Below are positions 62,005 through 64,000 of a stretch of 64,000 nt of DNA, piece after piece (the stretch's first letter is position 1; every line of letters starts with the position of its first letter). Source of the stretch: Anaerolineae bacterium (GTDB lineage Bacteria; Chloroflexota; Anaerolineae; CG2-30-64-16); assembly GCA_040772005.1 (NCBI GenBank), contig JAXGYZ010000002.1:101546-165545 (forward strand), given 5' to 3'. Position numbers and translations under genes: made by a program. The notes below the pieces were generated by a model. The model worked only from the letters and a program-made list of their open reading frames with translations, was not told the DNA's origin and ran no database searches.

Positions 62005-64000
62005 TCATGCGTTGCGCGGTCGCGTCAGGAAGGCCACGGCCCGCCCTTCGTCGCCGCTCATCACCAGTTCCAGCACGCGGCCGCCGGTGGTTGCGGGTAC
62101 GTCAATGACCTTCACGAATTCCGCGAATCCGGCATCCCTGGGCAGCAGCGCGGGCAGCGCGTTCACCGCAGTCTCGAAGAACTTGTGGTTGAATGGGTTG
62201 CCTGGATCGCCGGGGAAGATTGCCAGCGGGTAGATGCGGGCCTCGACGAGGTCCTGGAAAAAGTGCGTGCCATATGACAGGGCGGGCCGGTTGCGGCCCT
62301 GGCTCCAACTGATTTCGACCAGGGCGCGTGTGTTGTAGAAATCGGCATAGCCCACCTTCAGCCCCAGGTCCGGGCTGGAACTGCCCCATCGCCCCGGCCC
62401 CATCATGATGAAGGTCTGCCCTTCGAGCCGCTGGTTCAACCGGCTCATCAGCCGGCCCAGCTCCAGCTTCTGGCTCGGTGAGGCGCGGTTATACTGCTCC
62501 GGGGCCACGTAGATGATGTTGGTGATATTCTCGACGCGGCCGGTGGGCACGAGCTTCTCCGTTCCGAAGATGATATCCGCCTCCGGCAGGCGGTCGGGAA
62601 AGTGGATTTGCTCCGTGTCGACCTCACCAGCATAGGGGCGACACTGCAAGAGGTGGAGGGTCACGCCGGGTCGCGGATACTCAGAACCGATTTCTGCCGT
62701 GAACTCGATATCCACCGGGCGGTTGTAACTGACTTCGAGCGCCTTCAGCACATTGCGCAGGTGCGTCGCAAAGGCAGTTTGCTTCAGCAGCCCGTCCAGC
62801 GTGATGACGAGCGAACGGCTGTCCAGCCCGGCCGTCATGGCGACCAGCGGGCCGATGAAGTCGTCCTTGTATTGCGATGCCAGCAAGCGCAGGGTCGGAT
62901 AATCCGCGGCCAGCACCTCGCTCACGGGCCGGGTGACGAGCTGGTTCTCCTTCAGGTCGATGACATCCATGTAGTATTGCGAGTAGTGCTTGACCTCGCG
63001 CGCGCCGGCCTCCGGCCGCAGCGTGGGATGGCTGAGGGCCACCATGCGCGGATAGTCTTCCCCGACGCGCTCCACCGCGCGCGTGCCCAGCCCCACGACC
63101 AGCCGCGTGAAGCCCTCTTCGCGGCGCAGCTTGGGGCTCCACACGAACGGGTTCCGGCTGTAGGCGACCCCGGCGACTGGCGGGAAATACATATCCCGGT
63201 AGCGGCTGCCCTGCACCACCTGGATGAGCACTGCCATGCGCTCGTCGTAATCCAGGACATTGTGCTGCTTGCGATAGAGCAGCACATGGGGATTGTAGAT
63301 GCTGGCATACACCCGGCGGATGGCGTTACAGAGCTCCTCCAGGTTCTCCTCGGGTGTACCCTGGTTCGGGCAGAACACGCTTTCGTACATGCCGGCAAAC
63401 GAAACGTCGAAGTTATCTTCGAGCAGGCTGGAGGAACGGACGATCAAGGGCTGACCGTGAACCGCATCCAGCAGGTCGCGGAAGTCATCCAGGGTGCTGC
63501 TGGGGAAGCGGCCGCGAGCATAGGCCTCTTGCAACACAGGATATTCGCGCTCGATCTGGTCGAGCGGCTTGTACTTCTGGTTGAGATAGTTCGTCAGTTC
63601 GTTGAGCTCCATGAAGTCATAGCTCACGTCTGCGCCGACGAAGTAGGTTTCGGGGATCACAAACCGGATTTGCTCGCACGTTTCGCAGAAGCGATCCAGG
63701 CTGGCTTGCAGGATCTTCCACGCCAGCACGAGGCCCGCAGCCTTACCGCCGATCTTGCCCCGGCCTGCACGGTGATTGCGAATCCACTTCAGGTCCTCGA
63801 AAGTGAGGTACTCCTTCGCTACCCGCACAAACCCCAGTTCATCGCTGATGAGTGCCTTGATCAGGACGACCTTCGTCTCCTGCATGTGGTGGTGGACCTG
63901 GGCCAGTTCTTCCGGCGGCAGCGCGGCGAAGCCCTCCATCTGCTGGAAGAGGACTTCCATGGAGGCCATTTCCGGGTTGAAGCTGAGCACCTGCTCGGCA
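62005..64000 (-). CDS. PEP-utilising enzyme family protein (pyruvate phosphate/water dikinase-like), possibly 5'-truncated by the window edge
   Basis: ATP-grasp/PEP-synthase-like N-terminal motifs (GGKAAGLVLAWKIL). The reading frame remains open to the window end, so the true start may lie beyond 64000. Confidence 0.55.
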   Translation of the reverse strand, partial: AEQVLSFNPEMASMEVLFQQMEGFAALPPEELAQVHHHMQETKVVLIKALISDELGFVRVAKEYLTFEDLKWIRNHRAGRGKIGGKAAGLVLAWKILQASLDRFCETCEQIRFVIPETYFVGADVSYDFMELNELTNYLNQKYKPLDQIEREYPVLQEAYARGRFPSSTLDDFRDLLDAVHGQPLIVRSSSLLEDNFDVSFAGMYESVFCPNQGTPEENLEELCNAIRRVYASIYNPHVLLYRKQHNVLDYDERMAVLIQVVQGSRYRDMYFPPVAGVAYSRNPFVWSPKLRREEGFTRLVVGLGTRAVERVGEDYPRMVALSHPTLRPEAGAREVKHYSQYYMDVIDLKENQLVTRPVSEVLAADYPTLRLLASQYKDDFIGPLVAMTAGLDSRSLVITLDGLLKQTAFATHLRNVLKALEVSYNRPVDIEFTAEIGSEYPRPGVTLHLLQCRPYAGEVDTEQIHFPDRLPEADIIFGTEKLVPTGRVENITNIIYVAPEQYNRASPSQKLELGRLMSRLNQRLEGQTFIMMGPGRWGSSSPDLGLKVGYADFYNTRALVEISWSQGRNRPALSYGTHFFQDLVEARIYPLAIFPGDPGNPFNHKFFETAVNALPALLPRDAGFAEFVKVIDVPATTGGRVLELVMSGDEGRAVAFLTRPRNA

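Overview
This is a high-GC (about 65%) bacterial chromosomal segment. From gene content it most likely comes from an anaerobic, Chloroflexota-like organism; the taxonomy is inferred, not shown directly.

The dominant feature is a minus-strand Wood-Ljungdahl (reductive acetyl-CoA) gene cluster, about 21 kb, spanning 24085-45612. In transcription order it encodes: two small unknown proteins, cooS/acsA, acsB, a CBS protein, a HigA-like antidote with a decayed killer gene, an FNR-like reductase, acsD, acsC, vapBC, nfnAB, the corrinoid reactivation protein RACo, a GNAT acetyltransferase, cooC, a Zn-dependent alcohol dehydrogenase, a HEAT-repeat protein, acsE, folD, metV and metF. A GAF histidine kinase plus ANTAR response regulator sit immediately upstream of this cluster.

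The window also contains two selenoproteins. SelD reads through an in-frame TGA at 20312-20314. A peroxiredoxin has selenocysteine at the peroxidatic position (TGA at 23505-23507).

Other content includes a tungsten-type aldehyde:ferredoxin oxidoreductase with a BrnTA module, and several housekeeping genes (rimO, rodZ-like, lepB, pnp, rpsO, tatA, comEA). There is a polar amino-acid ABC transporter whose substrate-binding-protein gene carries a near-identical internal 738-bp tandem duplication.

The non-coding DNA is unusually structured. I found a roughly 139-bp repeat element in three copies, two of which bracket an rlmD-like gene as inverted copies. There is a family of long palindromes built from tandem 7-9-mer units. 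A MITE-like insertion has terminal inverted repeats and a 9-bp target duplication. Two homologous structured-RNA-like elements lie in 5' leaders. A 14-bp ATGAC-N4-GTCAT palindrome is shared by the AOR promoter and the cooS operon leader.

There is no rRNA or CRISPR array, and I could not recognise any tRNA from sequence. Coordinates of refined starts may be off by a few nucleotides.
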